From positions 14,570,001 through 14,634,000 of the forward strand of contig CM068756.1 in NCBI GenBank assembly GCA_035084275.1: a DNA stretch of 64,000 bases. Reading direction: 5' to 3'. The notes below the pieces were generated by a model. The model did no database searches. It was not told the origin of the DNA and saw only the letters and a list, made by a program, of their open reading frames with translations. Both the position numbers and the translations under genes were made by a program. Each line of letters starts with the position of its first letter. The stretch's first letter is position 1. The stretch is from Hydrolagus colliei. Lineage: Eukaryota. Positions 51,011 to 63,821 of the stretch are shown here, piece by piece.

Positions 51011-51652
51011 CTGTACTATAAGACATTGAGTATCTTTTATCCTGTGACGTAGACTATCCTTTTATCTTCTCATAAATCTTAACATGAACTTTCTACAAGA
51101 TTATAGTTCTTTGTGGCCTACGCTATTCACCACACCATTACAAGTTGTTCTGTCAACCCCCACTCCCTGACTCTCTCCTTCCCTCCCTTAGTTCAAAGCC
51201 TGTCTCAAAGGCATGGTTTCTGTCATCTTTCCCACAACCCATCCTTCAGTGATCACTACAATAATAATCCCTCCTAAAAAAACAAATAATAATAAAAATT
51301 GGTCATTTCAATCTCCGACTGTTTGTGGGACACTGCTGTGCGCAATTGGCTGCCGCGTTTCACCCACAAATATACAGCATATTCTGTGAAGCACTTTGAG
51401 ACGTTGAGAAGATGTGAAAAGTGCTATTCCAAATGCAAGGATTATTATTATTATCCTGCTTTATGTCACCCCCCCCCCCCCCCCCCCATCCTACCCACCT
51501 CACCATTGGCACCCAAGCTTTCCACAATTCTTTACTCAGCTTTTCGAAACGCAGTAGGACTGCTCCACTCCATTCCGGAGCCCGTTCCCATTGCAGAACT
51601 CCATCCCGGAGCCCATTCCCATTGCGCCACTCCATCCCGGAGTCCCACCCCA

Positions 51653-52355
51653 TGACATAGTTCCTTACCCCACTCCGGTTGTCGCTGGAGATTCTCGCTT
51701 TTCCTTTTCGGTTTTCTCTTCGTCTCCGAACAGAAACAACACTGATATGTATTTACACAGCACCCGTCACACCCCACCCACCACCTGCTTTGTGCTCGTT
51801 TACCATTCACCGCCTGCCATTGTAGATTCTTCTCGTCTTACCAGGTTATAGCTCTTTTACCTTTGCCCCCATCCTCATTACCAACCCCACCACCACCCCA
51901 CCAAGGTGAATGCTCTTTATTTCATTCTCTTCTTCTCATCCTCTCGTCTTGACAGAAAACAGCCGTTGGGTTATATAGCATTTTGGACAAACTCTCCCCT
52001 TGGGTATGTAGCTCTCCTCCTCCTTATCTTCTCTTTTTCCTCTTGGATGGGCGTCGCTCCTGCAGCTTTAACTGGATGAGACGACGCCCATGTATTTATA
52101 CCTCTCTGAGGGGGGAGGGGGGGGTGATCTATGGAGCCTTCAGCCGATTGGCTGGGATTGTAACTGTGCCACAACCGATTGGTCGGCACCACGGCTCACC
52201 TGCTGATTGGTCGTTGACTGGAGGTATTTGATTGGACAATAGCATGGCCCGTTCCCAATTGGCTGACTGGCTTTGAGCGGGAAAGTGGTGAGAAAGGCTT
52301 CCACGGTTTCTCCTCATGGACGAGATGAGGGCCGTCCAATGGCCGCTCTATGTCA
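51653..52355 (-). mobile_element. Solo LTR
   Basis: Inverted termini TGACATAG...CTATGTCA; on the minus strand five CCAAT boxes (52147-52262), TATAAAT (52094-52100) and AATAAA (51916-51921). Confidence 0.65.
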
Positions 52356-53875
52356 ATAATAGCAATAATAAAAGCCTCACATCCAATGCAGCACCTTATC
52401 ACCTCGTCAAGACGTCTCAAAGCGCTTCACAGAATACAAGGCCGTACGCAGTGGGGGTGCGACGGGTGCGTACGCACCCCCCCAAATTATAAAAGGTCCA
52501 CATTTTCCGGGGTAGAGAATTGCATTTTTTTAATCAAATTTAAATACCAAGTAAATTTATTGAACATTTGTGCAACAATCAGTTCTTCAAAACTATGTAT
52601 AAATTATAAACACACATCTTTGAATGGTTTAGTATTAATATAAAATTATCGAGTCGCACACCAGAATCGGCGTCTCCCCAAAACATACCGCGTCGATAGA
52701 CCAGTCCATGACGCGGCGAGTCTGTGACTCGTGATTGGATAAACATAGGCGCCAAGACTCAAATCCTCGTTTGGAAATCATCCCGTAAACAGCCACAAGG
52801 GGCAGCACCAATTCTGGAGTTAAAATCATCTTTTCATCTGATCACCGTAAGTAAAAATGACTCAAGTTTTGAGAGGTGTGACTGTAATGCTAGCAAACAA
52901 TTACAACATATTTACAAGCTTCTGAGAAATTAAAGCTTTTGAGAACCCAACAAAAAAGTTATATGTGTCTGGACGGGAATGCCTATCTTTAAAAAAAATA
53001 CTCATGGACGTAGGCCTAATGCTTTAGCGCCTATTCCACGTGGTGTGTCAATCGGAAATCATCCCGTATACAGTCACTACATAAAAAGGTAGCACCACTT
53101 TGTGGAAGCTGAAATCGTATTTTAATCTGATAATGTTAGCAATTGATAATAGTGCCTTAGTACACTGTCGAGACAGCTCAGAGCGCTTCACAGAACGTAC
53201 TGTAAAGTGGCCAGTTTTTGCCCAGGATTGTCCCACAAACACCGATGGAGTGAGTCACCGATTTTATTTGGGGGCGTTTGTTGGCCAGGACAACAGGAGA
53301 GAGACTTCCCTCCGCTTTTCGAGTAGTGTCAGAGGATCTTTTCACATCCATCTAAACAGACGGATCAGACCTCGGTTCAGCATCTCAACCAAAAGAACAG
53401 CCTCTAACCCCCCCCCCCCCCCCCACAGCACCACATTGAAGTGTCAGCTTCCTCTGTGTGATACCGAGTGCCGACGTGGGGTTTGAACCCACAACTTTCT
53501 GACTCAGAGGCCAGAGTGCTATTCACTGTGCCAGGCGACTCGCCAGGTGATGCTGCTGTCTTCTATCACCTGTGGGAAACTTTCTTTCCCTCCTACTCAG
53601 TGCCTCTGAATCTGAAGACATTCCCAAGGTCGAGGTTGCATATCTGACTGATTGACAACTGAGATTTCTTTTCAGGGTTTGTGGGCAGTGTCACGTAATT
53701 GGCTATAACGTAAAGGATTGTTAACCTGCACCTGTTAGAGTTGAGGTCCCCAGAACTGCTGCCTCACACCAGCGGGATATAAAGGACAGGTGCAGTCGAG
53801 TCTGCAAAGCAACAGCTCTTCCTACACAAATCTCTTCAACGTGACTTCTCTGAAAGTCACTCTTTCTCTCTTTGA

Positions 53876-54151
53876 ATAATAATATAATCCGTGCATTTCA
53901 TGTAGCGAGGTAGGTTAGGGTCGGTCTACCTCGTGTTCTGTGACCGTGCAATGGTTCCCATAGGATAGTAGCACTATGGACAGTTTCCTCCCGGCTTCTC
54001 CAGCTATGTCCGCTAAACCTAAGACGCCTCTGCGGTAATGTCTGTGATACCAGTGTGGTGGTGTACCATATAGCTCACTATTTGTCAGATTCTGTCGCCA
54101 GTAAACGTTCAGGGCGTCTCTTAGAAACCTGGTATATACCTCACGAGTCAC
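53876..54151 (-). mobile_element. RTE-like LINE 3' fragment
   Basis: LRDALNVYWRQNLTNSELYG and, in a shifted frame, RRLRFSGHSWR...RGRP, typical of RTE-clade ORF C-termini. Confidence 0.6.
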
Positions 54152-54203
54152 CTAATCTCCTGGTCGAGGTTTGCCTAAGTGTCCAGCATTCTGCTCCGTA
54201 TAG

Positions 54204-54332
54204 GAGCGACTTTCAGCCCTCGCGTTAATGCACATTCATTATAATATGGAAATCGATATTGGTAGAGCGGTTGACGTATTGGCTTCAAAGCGACCGAGGC
54301 GTCTCGAATACGGAACGCTATTAAAGAATTAA
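54204..54332 (+). pseudogene. hAT transposase C-terminal dimerisation-domain remnant
   Basis: ERLSALALMHIHYNMEIDIGRAVDVLASKRPRRLEYGTLLKN*. Confidence 0.75.
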
Positions 54333-57169
54333 TTTCCCCTCCCTTATTTTTTCAAGTATTCTTTCGTCAGATCAGTATTGCTTGATGCCTTTAATTTTGA
54401 TTCTAAATAAATAAATAAAAACTAACTACACTATTGCTCACAGTTCAACGATATTTTCAGGATAATGCTGATAACAGGCTTGTAACACGTGTGAATTAAC
54501 TGTTTGACACTGATTTTCAGTTTCTGTATATTTTCTTGTCTTTTATAAAATTTGCTTTGCTGGAATATCTGAGCACATCATTCATACTTTACTCTTACAT
54601 TATTGTTCATTACAGTCCGAAAGAAATTTAGTCTTAGGATAACAATGCAGAACAACTTATTAAGTACCGTCAATCTGTAGTTTATGATCATTTTCTCTAT
54701 ACGCATACATTTATCAAGCATTCGTCATTGTACTGTGTTAATTGGATTGTAATTTACTTTATCGTTCGCATTCCTTACATCATCGAGTCAACAATCGTGT
54801 TTGCTTTTATCGGCGAACACATTCGACCTTCCCAATTAGACACGGACTACCGGGGAAAATATAAACACTGAATAAATAATGATGCTCTTAAACACCAAGG
54901 GCATGAAACATTTACCGTTCATATTAGATCTTCTGAACCGATTAAATAAGACCTCAAACTGTGTAAAACGTCGGTGCCTCGAGGGGGCTTCGGGGGCAGC
55001 CCGCAAACCCCTGGCCATTATTGGTCCCATCACTAGCAATTCGCACCCCCCCAAAAAAAATCCTGCGTACGGCCCTGGAATATGTTGTGAAATGGATTTA
55101 TCAACAATAATAATATACTGTGAAGTGAATTTATCAACATTAAGAATGCACTGTGAAGTGAATTTAAAATAAAAATTTTCTGTTAAGATTTCACCTCACT
55201 TTTATTATTCACCTGTATGTGGGAATGACAGTAAAATTTAGATTGGTCTTTTTCTTTTTATAAATCGTATTACAATTGCCCAAGTGCCACTTGATTTTTT
55301 TTATTCAATCATTTTGTTTACCATGAAAAATACAAAGTCTGTCTTTTGTTGCTTTGCTTATCTTTAATTTGTTGCTACGGTGTTAAAGATGATTTTCTTT
55401 TCACTACACGCTCACATTTGGCTGTGAATTTCCAAGATAAACAAAGGAAAAACCCCGACTTCTTTAAACCCTTTCTCAATTGAAAAACTGATGACTATCC
55501 TCCCTGGGGGGATGTGGAGTGAGGTCTCCTTGGCAACGATGTCAAAATCATGCCAAACCTCTGGCAGTCTTGGAAGTTTAGTGACTGGAGTGCAAGGTTT
55601 GCCTAGATTGCTTCAGTACACACTGACATTGTGACAACTTGCTTTTAGACATGGCCCGTTTCTGATTGTCCCACTGACTGGGAGGGAAAGTTGCCACTTG
55701 CCAGAAAGTCTTCCTCGTGCGTTTCTCCTCAAGTACACGCTGAAGGCTTTCTTAAGTCCGCTAAATTTTAATAATAATAATCCTTGCATTTGATATACGC
55801 CTTATTGTGTTGTTGAGGCGTCTCAAAGTGCTTTGCAGGATATACTGTGAAGTGAATTTTTTTTAATGAAATAATTTTTGAAAGATTGTACCTGACTTTT
55901 GTTGTTCACCTGTATGTGGAATTACAGTAAAATCTGCAGACGTTTTTATCTTCATAAGTCATATAATTGCCTAAGTGGAACTTTGTTTTTTATTTTTTTA
56001 TTTTGTGCTGCATTCGGTTGAGATTTTGTCCCCAACAAGGCTCTCTGTTTACATACAAAGGATACACAATACCTCAGCCTTAGCCTTTTAAAAGAAACAG
56101 CTCTCCCATTTGTGTGTTTTATATACAATATGTAAATTGTGGCAGCTGTTGTTTTTAAACAGGATTGTCCCACTAGTGGGAAAGCTGTCAGAAAGGCTTC
56201 CATGTACTTTTCTCTTCACATTCTGTGGGCTCTCGCAATTTTGTGCCACATTCTCCTAGAGATAAATAATTTCATACCTGATAAATTTGAAATACTCAAT
56301 TTTATCTCCTTACAGGATAGCTTTTCTATATAAAGATAAATTTTCTTATCTAAATATAACATTTTACATAATAATAATAATCCTTTTATTTGATACAGCA
56401 CATTTCACATCTGCTAGCTGCCTCAAAGCGCTTCTCAGAATATACCTCAAAGTGAACTGTATATATTTGTGGGCGAAATGTGGCATCCGATTGAGCTCAG
56501 CAAACAATTGTAGATTGAAAATTTAACAATTCATTATTCTTTTTTTTGAGGGATTATTATCAAGCGTGTGGAGTAAGGAAACTTGCCCAAGGTTTCACTC
56601 TGGTTGGGAAAACTTGGGCAAGTATCAAACGGAGCAGAGCTCCCATTTGTGTGTTTAATTTAAAATATGCGAACGTGGCTCCAATCTCAATATTTTGTAT
56701 TAAATGAGTGAAGCTATACATAATATTAAATATATATATGTAAGTGAATAGGCTTTACAGTATATTCTGTGAAGCGCTTTGAAGCATCTCGATGATGTGA
56801 TAAAGCGCTTTATCAAGTTAAGGGACTGGTATTATCATTTTTATTTTATAATATCAGAATAATTATCCTTGCGTTCGATGTGGCGTCTTATCACGTCCTT
56901 GAGATGCCTCAAGGCACTTCACAGGATATGCACTGCGCAGTGTAGTGACTGTTTATTTGTGCCCCCGAGCCGTGGTTCAGTTTGTCAGCAAACAGCTCAG
57001 ACATACAGGCGCCGGCACAAGGTGGTGGAGCGGACCTGGGAGGAACCACCCACCCTTCCCAACAGGTGAGCAAAGTGACAAGCGGACCGTGTAGAACCAA
57101 CCACGTCAGTCTCTGGCCCCGCCCCCTATCAGCTGTTTACCTGATGTCCCCGAGGGCGATGCAAGTGGG

Positions 57170-57690
57170 GAATGGGTCTGTGTGTGAGTCCGTGGGTGAG
57201 TGTGTCTGTGTCTGTCTCCATGAGTAAGTGTCTATGGGTGTGTTTGAGTGAGTGTGTCTTTGGGTGTGCGACCATGAGTGAATGTGTCTATGGGTATGTG
57301 TCTCCCCATGAGTGAGGCTGTCTATGTGTGTGTCTCCATGTGTGAGTCTCTGAGTGTCTGTGAGTGAATGAGTGAATCTGTGAGTGAGTGTGTGTCTCCC
57401 TGTGTGAGTGAGTGTCTACGTGTGTCTGAGTGAATGTCTCTATGTGTGTGTCAGTGTCTCTGAGTGAGTGTCTATGTGTAAGTTGTGTGAGTATCTGTAT
57501 GAGTATCTGTGTGTGTCTCAGTATGTGTCTCCTATATGTGTGTGTCTGTCTCTGTGTGTGTGTGTCTCACTGTCTGTGTGAGCTTATGTTTGTGTGTGTG
57601 CGTGTATCTCTGAGAATGCCTATGGTCTGTGAATATGTGTGTGTGTGTGTCTCTCTCTCTGTGTGTCGGGGTCTCTGTGTCAGTTTGCAG
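57170..57690 (+). repeat. Degenerate TG-rich simple repeat
   Basis: (tg)n interspersed with gagt/gtct. Confidence 0.9.
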
Positions 57691-59519
57691 TATAGTTGGT
57701 GATGAACCTACTTTAGCCCTGCAATTTGGATACTGGTCCTGAGTGTCAGTTTCTGTTAAAGAAGAAATTAATTAAAATGCTTTGCAGCAATCTATTATTT
57801 CCTTGTGTTGTTTCATCCTGTTTAGTTTTTAATCAATAAAGTATAAAAAAATAGGTTAGCAATAAAATATACCTCAATAGCACAAATCAAACCCCCTGCA
57901 ATTTTCCGCAAAGACCCATAAAATATGAAGTTATCATCAATTCCTAAATGGTAACATACTAAACAGATGGGAAGAATAAAAAGAAACACATACAATATAA
58001 ATCTCTTTTACTCCATTCCATTTATTGGAGATCATCAGCTCAATATCAAAAACACAGAGTCCTGCAGAATGCACTTGCAATGCACTTTCACCTCCGTATA
58101 GTCAAAACACAGAATGTTAGTCATCTTATATCACTTATGACTTATTCAGTTCAGTTGTAAAGAAATGTACATAACATTTTCATGCAGTCTTTAATTTCTA
58201 TGATAGATGTTGTAAAGCATCCGGTAAAAAAAATCATATGTTTCGGTAAAGAATTCAGAAAATGCAGCATATTTAAAAACGTTCATTTGGAAGCAGCATA
58301 ATGCAGACGAGGTTGACGGGTCTGTCACTAGCATGTGTATCTTGCATTTAACCGGCACTTTCATTTATTCAGCAAGTGGCAAATACAAATGTACAGGGTA
58401 TTTAAAATCCTATACTACAGAAAGAGGCCATTTGGCCCATCCTGTCTGTGCCAGCTATTTGAAAGAACTACCAGACTAGTCCCACTCCACCACTCTTACT
58501 GCATAACCCTGCACATTTATATATCAAATCATTTTTTTAAATCTCTCTGCATAAACATTTTTGAATTTTTTTGTCAAATTTGGTAGGAATCACATTTGTT
58601 AGGACCTGAGGCACCAGTCTCTTCAACCTCCTCCCTCCTCCCTCCCGCTAATCATTCCTAAGCAGCCGATACATTCATTCTAGGTTTGGAGCATTCTGCC
58701 TACTTCTTTTATATATCAAGTTTGTTGTTCTGCTAATAAATTATCCCAAACCACAAAATAATACAAATTTACAGCAAAGAACAGAAGAAGGGCATTCAGC
58801 GTATCGTGTCCGTGCCAGCTCTTTTGTAGAGCAATTATTTTCAGTCTCATTTAGCCCCAAACCCTGTATTTTATTCCTTTTCGCCTATCTGTCTAGCTCC
58901 CTCTTGAAAGCTAAAATGAAATCTGCTGTTCCCGGCAGGGCAGGTCACTCAGACCTAACCAGTCTGAGTGAAAAAAGATTCCTAATCTAATCAATTCAGA
59001 TCTTTATAGTTGCCCACCACTCGGAAAACTTAAAATTCCACCGGGTCTCATCCTGTAAAGCTGATTTGATCGATTAGGAGGAATAAGTAATGTTTCACAT
59101 TAAGACAAATTTGAAGAATTTTCAATGAATCAGAGAAGCTCTCTGACAAAATGATCATATCAGTGCCCCACAAACAGTCGTCAATTGAAGTGACCCAATT
59201 AAAAAACAATTACAAGAAATTATTACCACCGGAAAAACAATTGCCAAATGACCAACAACCAGGTTCCTACTTACTGCTAGGTAAACAGAGGTATATGGAG
59301 TAAGCGAACTTTCCCAATATTTTGCCCTATTGGGAATCGAACCCAGGTCTCCCCTTAGGCAAAGGGTTCAAATCACTGAGCTCTCACGAGGCAAGTGCTC
59401 AAGACTCCACAGAGATTACTGTCCATTTCATTACTATGTACTTTCCTCAAGTGAAACTGTTCATTTCTATGCATTGCCTAACCTGCGTTGGAATTCTGAC
59501 AAATATATATGGTATTGAC

Positions 59520-60005
59520 AATTTAAAGCATTGGAAAGGGTGCAGAGGAGATTTACCAGGATGGTACCAGGAATGATGGAGTTCAGTTATGAGGAAAAGC
59601 TAGAGAGGCTAGGTTTAGTCTCATCAGAGCAGAGAAGATTATGAGGAGACCTATAGAGGTTTTCAAGATCATGAGATGATTCGATAGGGTAAACAGGGAA
59701 AAACTGTTTCCACTGATGGGTGTGTCAGTGACCCGAGGTCACAGATTTAAAATAGTTTCTAAAAGAAGCATAGGAAAGGTGAGGAGAATTTTTTTTCGCT
59801 CAGCAAATTGTTCAAATCTTTGCCTGAAAAGGTGGTGAAGGCTGATTTGATAACAACTTTGAAAACAGAGATAGATTTATTATTTGGAGAGGATGGGTAT
59901 GCGCAGTTATGGGGAGAGAGCTGGGGAGTAGGATTGAGTTGCTCTTTCAAAGAGCTGGCACAAACTTGATGGGCCGAATGGCCTCCTTGTGTGCCATAAT
60001 ATTCT
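59520..60005 (+). mobile_element. Degenerate CR1 3' fragment
   Basis: KALERVQRRFTRMVPG remnant with frameshifts/stops and a CR1 tail. Confidence 0.8.
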
Positions 60006-61047
60006 ACAAGAAGATCATTCAGCCCAACTGCTATGTGGCAGGATGCCAAAACATTGGACATGATTTAAAAATCGTAAAGATTTTTTCTTACATATTCCAA
60101 CCAATTTGGAACTTGAATTTAGCATTCTGAAGAATGGTTAATGTAATTGTGAAATAATTTATTGCAACCTTTTATTACCGCCCATCATGTGTCTCACACA
60201 TTTCACCATTATTATCTTCCAATAATAATTCTTGCAGCTGATATGCAGCTAATCATGACATGCAACTAATCATGTGATTGAGACATTTCAAAGCTCGTCA
60301 CAGATGTATTAGAAGGTGATGTGACTGAGCATTTTGTAGGAGGCCCAGTGTAGCCAAGGTGTGTGCAGCAATGTTCCACTCACAGCCGTGGATCGATGGA
60401 CCAGCTGTTTTTATTTGAGTGCTTGTTGGCTAAGATCCGTGGATAAACGTCATATATCTCAAATAGGAAAATTGTATATTTTCACATTCACGTGGGCTGG
60501 TAACTGGTGTAATGTTTTTTTAATTCACAAAACACCATGTAGATTGAATCAATACTTTAATTCAAAATCTTACAAGTTGACTTCTATCAGATCAACCTCT
60601 TTCCGCTCTACCCCCCAAATTACCCCAGTCACTGTTCCAATGATCCTTTTAGACTTATCTCAGTCAATTGCCACTTATCTCGTTAAGGCATTATGCAACA
60701 GCTGGTAAATTGGTTTATCTTCTAATCAGAAGGACAATACCTACACTGCACTGCCAGCTACAACACACCACCCATTGGAGCTTTGCACTGGATGCCAGGA
60801 TAGAGTGTTTTAGTGTCTTGAACCCCAACCTTCTGACTCAGAGCGGAGACTGCTGTCAACTAATCAGTTAAATCGACTTGCTGATAACAATCTATTCAAG
60901 TGAGCAACCACATTTACAAATTCCAACCAATGAAACCATGGCTTTTACATCTTCAGAACCAGGATGTTTACTGTTATTGGGCAGATATCATTTGAATACA
61001 ATTGCAATATTACAGACGAGCAAGCGGTTTCAGAGTCAGTGATCAGA

Positions 61048-61102
61048 ATGATGGCAAGTGCTGTTTTTCAGTTTCTGTCTCTCATTGAGATACTTTCCAC
61101 AG
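61048..61102 (+). CDS. Gene D, leader exon
   Basis: MMASAVFQFLSLIEILST+G followed by GTTTGC; 55 nt, phase 1. Confidence 0.8.
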
Positions 61103-61283
61103 GTTTGCGTTTAGCTTCTACCTAAATGTTTTTAAGAATATGGGTACATATGTTCAATTAATGTACAGCAAAGAAGTCACTATATTTATCTTCTTGTATC
61201 TCTCTCTCTCGTTAGTTTCTGTTTACTTTGTTTATCTCCATCTTTATGTTTAAGCAATCCATGTTCAAATATATCTTTGACAG

Positions 61284-61598
61284 TTATTGGCAGCCCTTTG
61301 ACCCAACATCCAAAGCTCCGGACTCCAATTCGTGGCGCAAACATCACCTTCTACTGCATCTTTTCTGAAGCTCCAAAAAGTATACGTATAAAGGTGTACT
61401 GGTGGAAGCGAGGAGAGAGTGAATACCTACAAACAAAAGAGGACAAAAGGAAAATTTTTGGTGTGGAACATGGAAGAGGCGGGGCCTACTTCCATCTCCT
61501 AGATGTGAGAATCCAGGATTCTGGAGTCTATCACTGCGCATTGAGCCGTGAGGGTATAATAGTGGGCAATGGCACTGGATCACATCTAACAGTCTATG
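61284..61598 (+). CDS. Gene D, VJ-type V exon
   Basis: 315 nt, AG/GTAAGT; identical to gene B V except G>K (5 nt differences). Confidence 0.92.
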
Positions 61599-61956
61599 GT
61601 AAGTGTGTACACAGTCCAGGTCGTGATTTGGGGTACCTACATACAACGTAAAAAAATGCAGAATATTTATACGTACTTTTTAAGTAATTCATAAATTTTG
61701 TTACCTATGTACAGTAAAATACAATGAGACTTGCATAACAGAGGACACGAGTTCAACGCATCAATTTACTCTGTCTAATATTTCACAATGCGGCATTGTT
61801 TATCTTACCAATGACAACATTGAAAGCCAATTGTTACTAAAATATGTAAAACTCGTTAGCAATCCCAGCTGATGGTGTTTCTGAGGGGCGATAAGATGTA
61901 GTTCTCAGCGGTGGTTGTGTAAATGTGTGAATGTTTCTTGCGATTAAAACCAAATA

Positions 61957-62331
61957 CAGTAGAAGCCCGTTTATCTGTGACCCGATTAACCAGATTGCTC
62001 GACCCTCTCCCAGGGCAATTCCCCATTCCCCATTCCAGCAATCGCAAGTATGCTCAAATTAACTTATTAAACTTACAAACTTTGAGGGTTTTTTTACCGA
62101 TTTTTTACCATGCGTGCTGAAATCTTTATTGGTAAGTAGCTATACAATATTCTGTTACTATTTAGTATATTATTAATATAGTATGTTTTAAAATAAGTAA
62201 TTTTTTTGTGTTGGGTTTTCATTAACTTGACCCCTGATTATCTGGCACAGTTAATTGGTTGACACCCCCATCCCTCTCCCCCACCCCGCCCCACTCCCCA
62301 CTGAGAGTGCCGGATAAACGGGCTTCTACTG
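61957..62331. mobile_element. pogo/Tigger-like MITE
   Basis: Perfect 19-bp TIR CAGTAGAAGCCCGTTTATC; TA on the left, TG on the right; absent from gene B's homologous intron. Confidence 0.85.
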
Positions 62332-62564
62332 TGTTTTCAACTTTAAACTTTCATTCCTTAAGTATTGTCATCAAGTTTCCAATTAACACGTGTTGGAGGG
62401 CTCCGGCAGGTCTCCATCGATGAATGAAACAGATCAGTTTAAAATGTGCATTTACTGTGGATTTGTATTATTAATTAATTTCCATATGATTATCTGGGAG
62501 GCGTCTTATCGCTATTTTAACTTCTGTTATTTGCATTGAAGGAATCCTTTGTTTTTTTCCACAG

Positions 62565-62873
62565 TTTCTCCAACTTCACCGAAGATTTCCCGCAGGGTCG
62601 TTGGAGATGAATCTGAAACTCTGGCTCTTGTGTGTGAAACAGCCGGGTTTTACCCCGAGAATCTCAACCTCACTTGGTATAAAAATGGCACTGAAATTAC
62701 AACTGGAATAAATACTACTAACAAGCAGAGTTTGGATGGATTGTATGAAGCTTCCAGCTCTATGGTAGAGACACAGGCTGTTCAGAACGGTGTTGTTTAT
62801 ACCTGTCAGATATCACATCTCAGTTTACAGACTCCAATCATTGCCAACTACACGGTTGTCCTTCCTGACACGG
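62565..62873 (+). CDS. Gene D, C1 exon
   Basis: 309 nt, AG/GTAGGT; 9 nt / 5 aa differences from gene B C1. Confidence 0.92.
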
Positions 62874-63821
62874 GTAGGTTATCAATAATATACTCTCAAT
62901 TAGATTTAATTACATTCCTACAGGAATATTTCATTGCACCCATTCATACCACAAAGTATCATCAAATAATTTGCGAGAAGTATTTTTGAAATCTATTTAA
63001 TGTAAGAAGTTTTAAATTGTCATTATACGAGCTACGTCAGAATATATTACTATGCAAGTAAAAAAAAGTTTATATACCTGCTATCACCTCTGGTTGATGA
63101 CCATCTCAACAAAACACCCAATATTCAAATTACAGATTACAAGGTGCTAAGATTACATGAGTAATTTGAAGAATAAATATTATGGACTATCCATAGAATC
63201 ATTTTTTCTGTTTGTTTGCGAATAAAGATGAGTATTTTAATAGTATCTTACCACTTGATTTCCTTGTGACAATTTTTTAATGCGGATATTGTTGTCATAC
63301 TTTCCAGGTCTCTGTTAGTTGTGTGCTTTTTCTGATGTTGACAGTTAATTTCACTCTGGTCAGGGCTAGTATCAGGATCTCAGCCTCTGCAAAGAAGTGC
63401 TGAAGGTTTCAGCGTTTTACTGTACTGGGTAGTGAAGGAAAATATGATTCAAAAGAGTTTGCATACACGAGGATGGAAGCTATTACAGTAGCTACAAATA
63501 TCTGCCCCTCTGAAAAATAATTAACTGCAGTACTTCAATAATTACATATTAATCTCCATTCATGTTCAGCTATATTGTTATTGCTATGAAAGGGAGGACT
63601 AATTTAATTTATTATTTGAGGCCGGAAAGCCGCATTCCATAGATAAGGTCACAGGAAAAGAATGATGATTTCCAATAGAATAAATTGTCACGCTTACATA
63701 AAAACATTCATTCTGCATTGTTCAGCTCCTGAAACGAAAGATGATTACAGTGCTTGGAAAATAAGTGAATTACATGCTCAATATGGTGCAACTTCATTGC
63801 TTGGTTTTATCATTCGTTTAG

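Larger units (their letters stand above)
52437..55077 (+). mobile_element. Internally deleted hAT DNA transposon with nested insertions
   Basis: TIRs CA(A/G)GGCCGTACGCAG, flanking direct repeat gaata, transposase C-terminal remnant at 54204-54332; nested SINE (about 53120-53530) and RTE-like fragment. Confidence 0.8.

Noticed and set aside
63308-63405. Alternative hydrophobic exon ending TGA AG|gt in gene D
   Set aside because: The hydrophobic reading is phase 0; from the phase-1 C1 exon it stops at once (GGT CTC TGT TAG).
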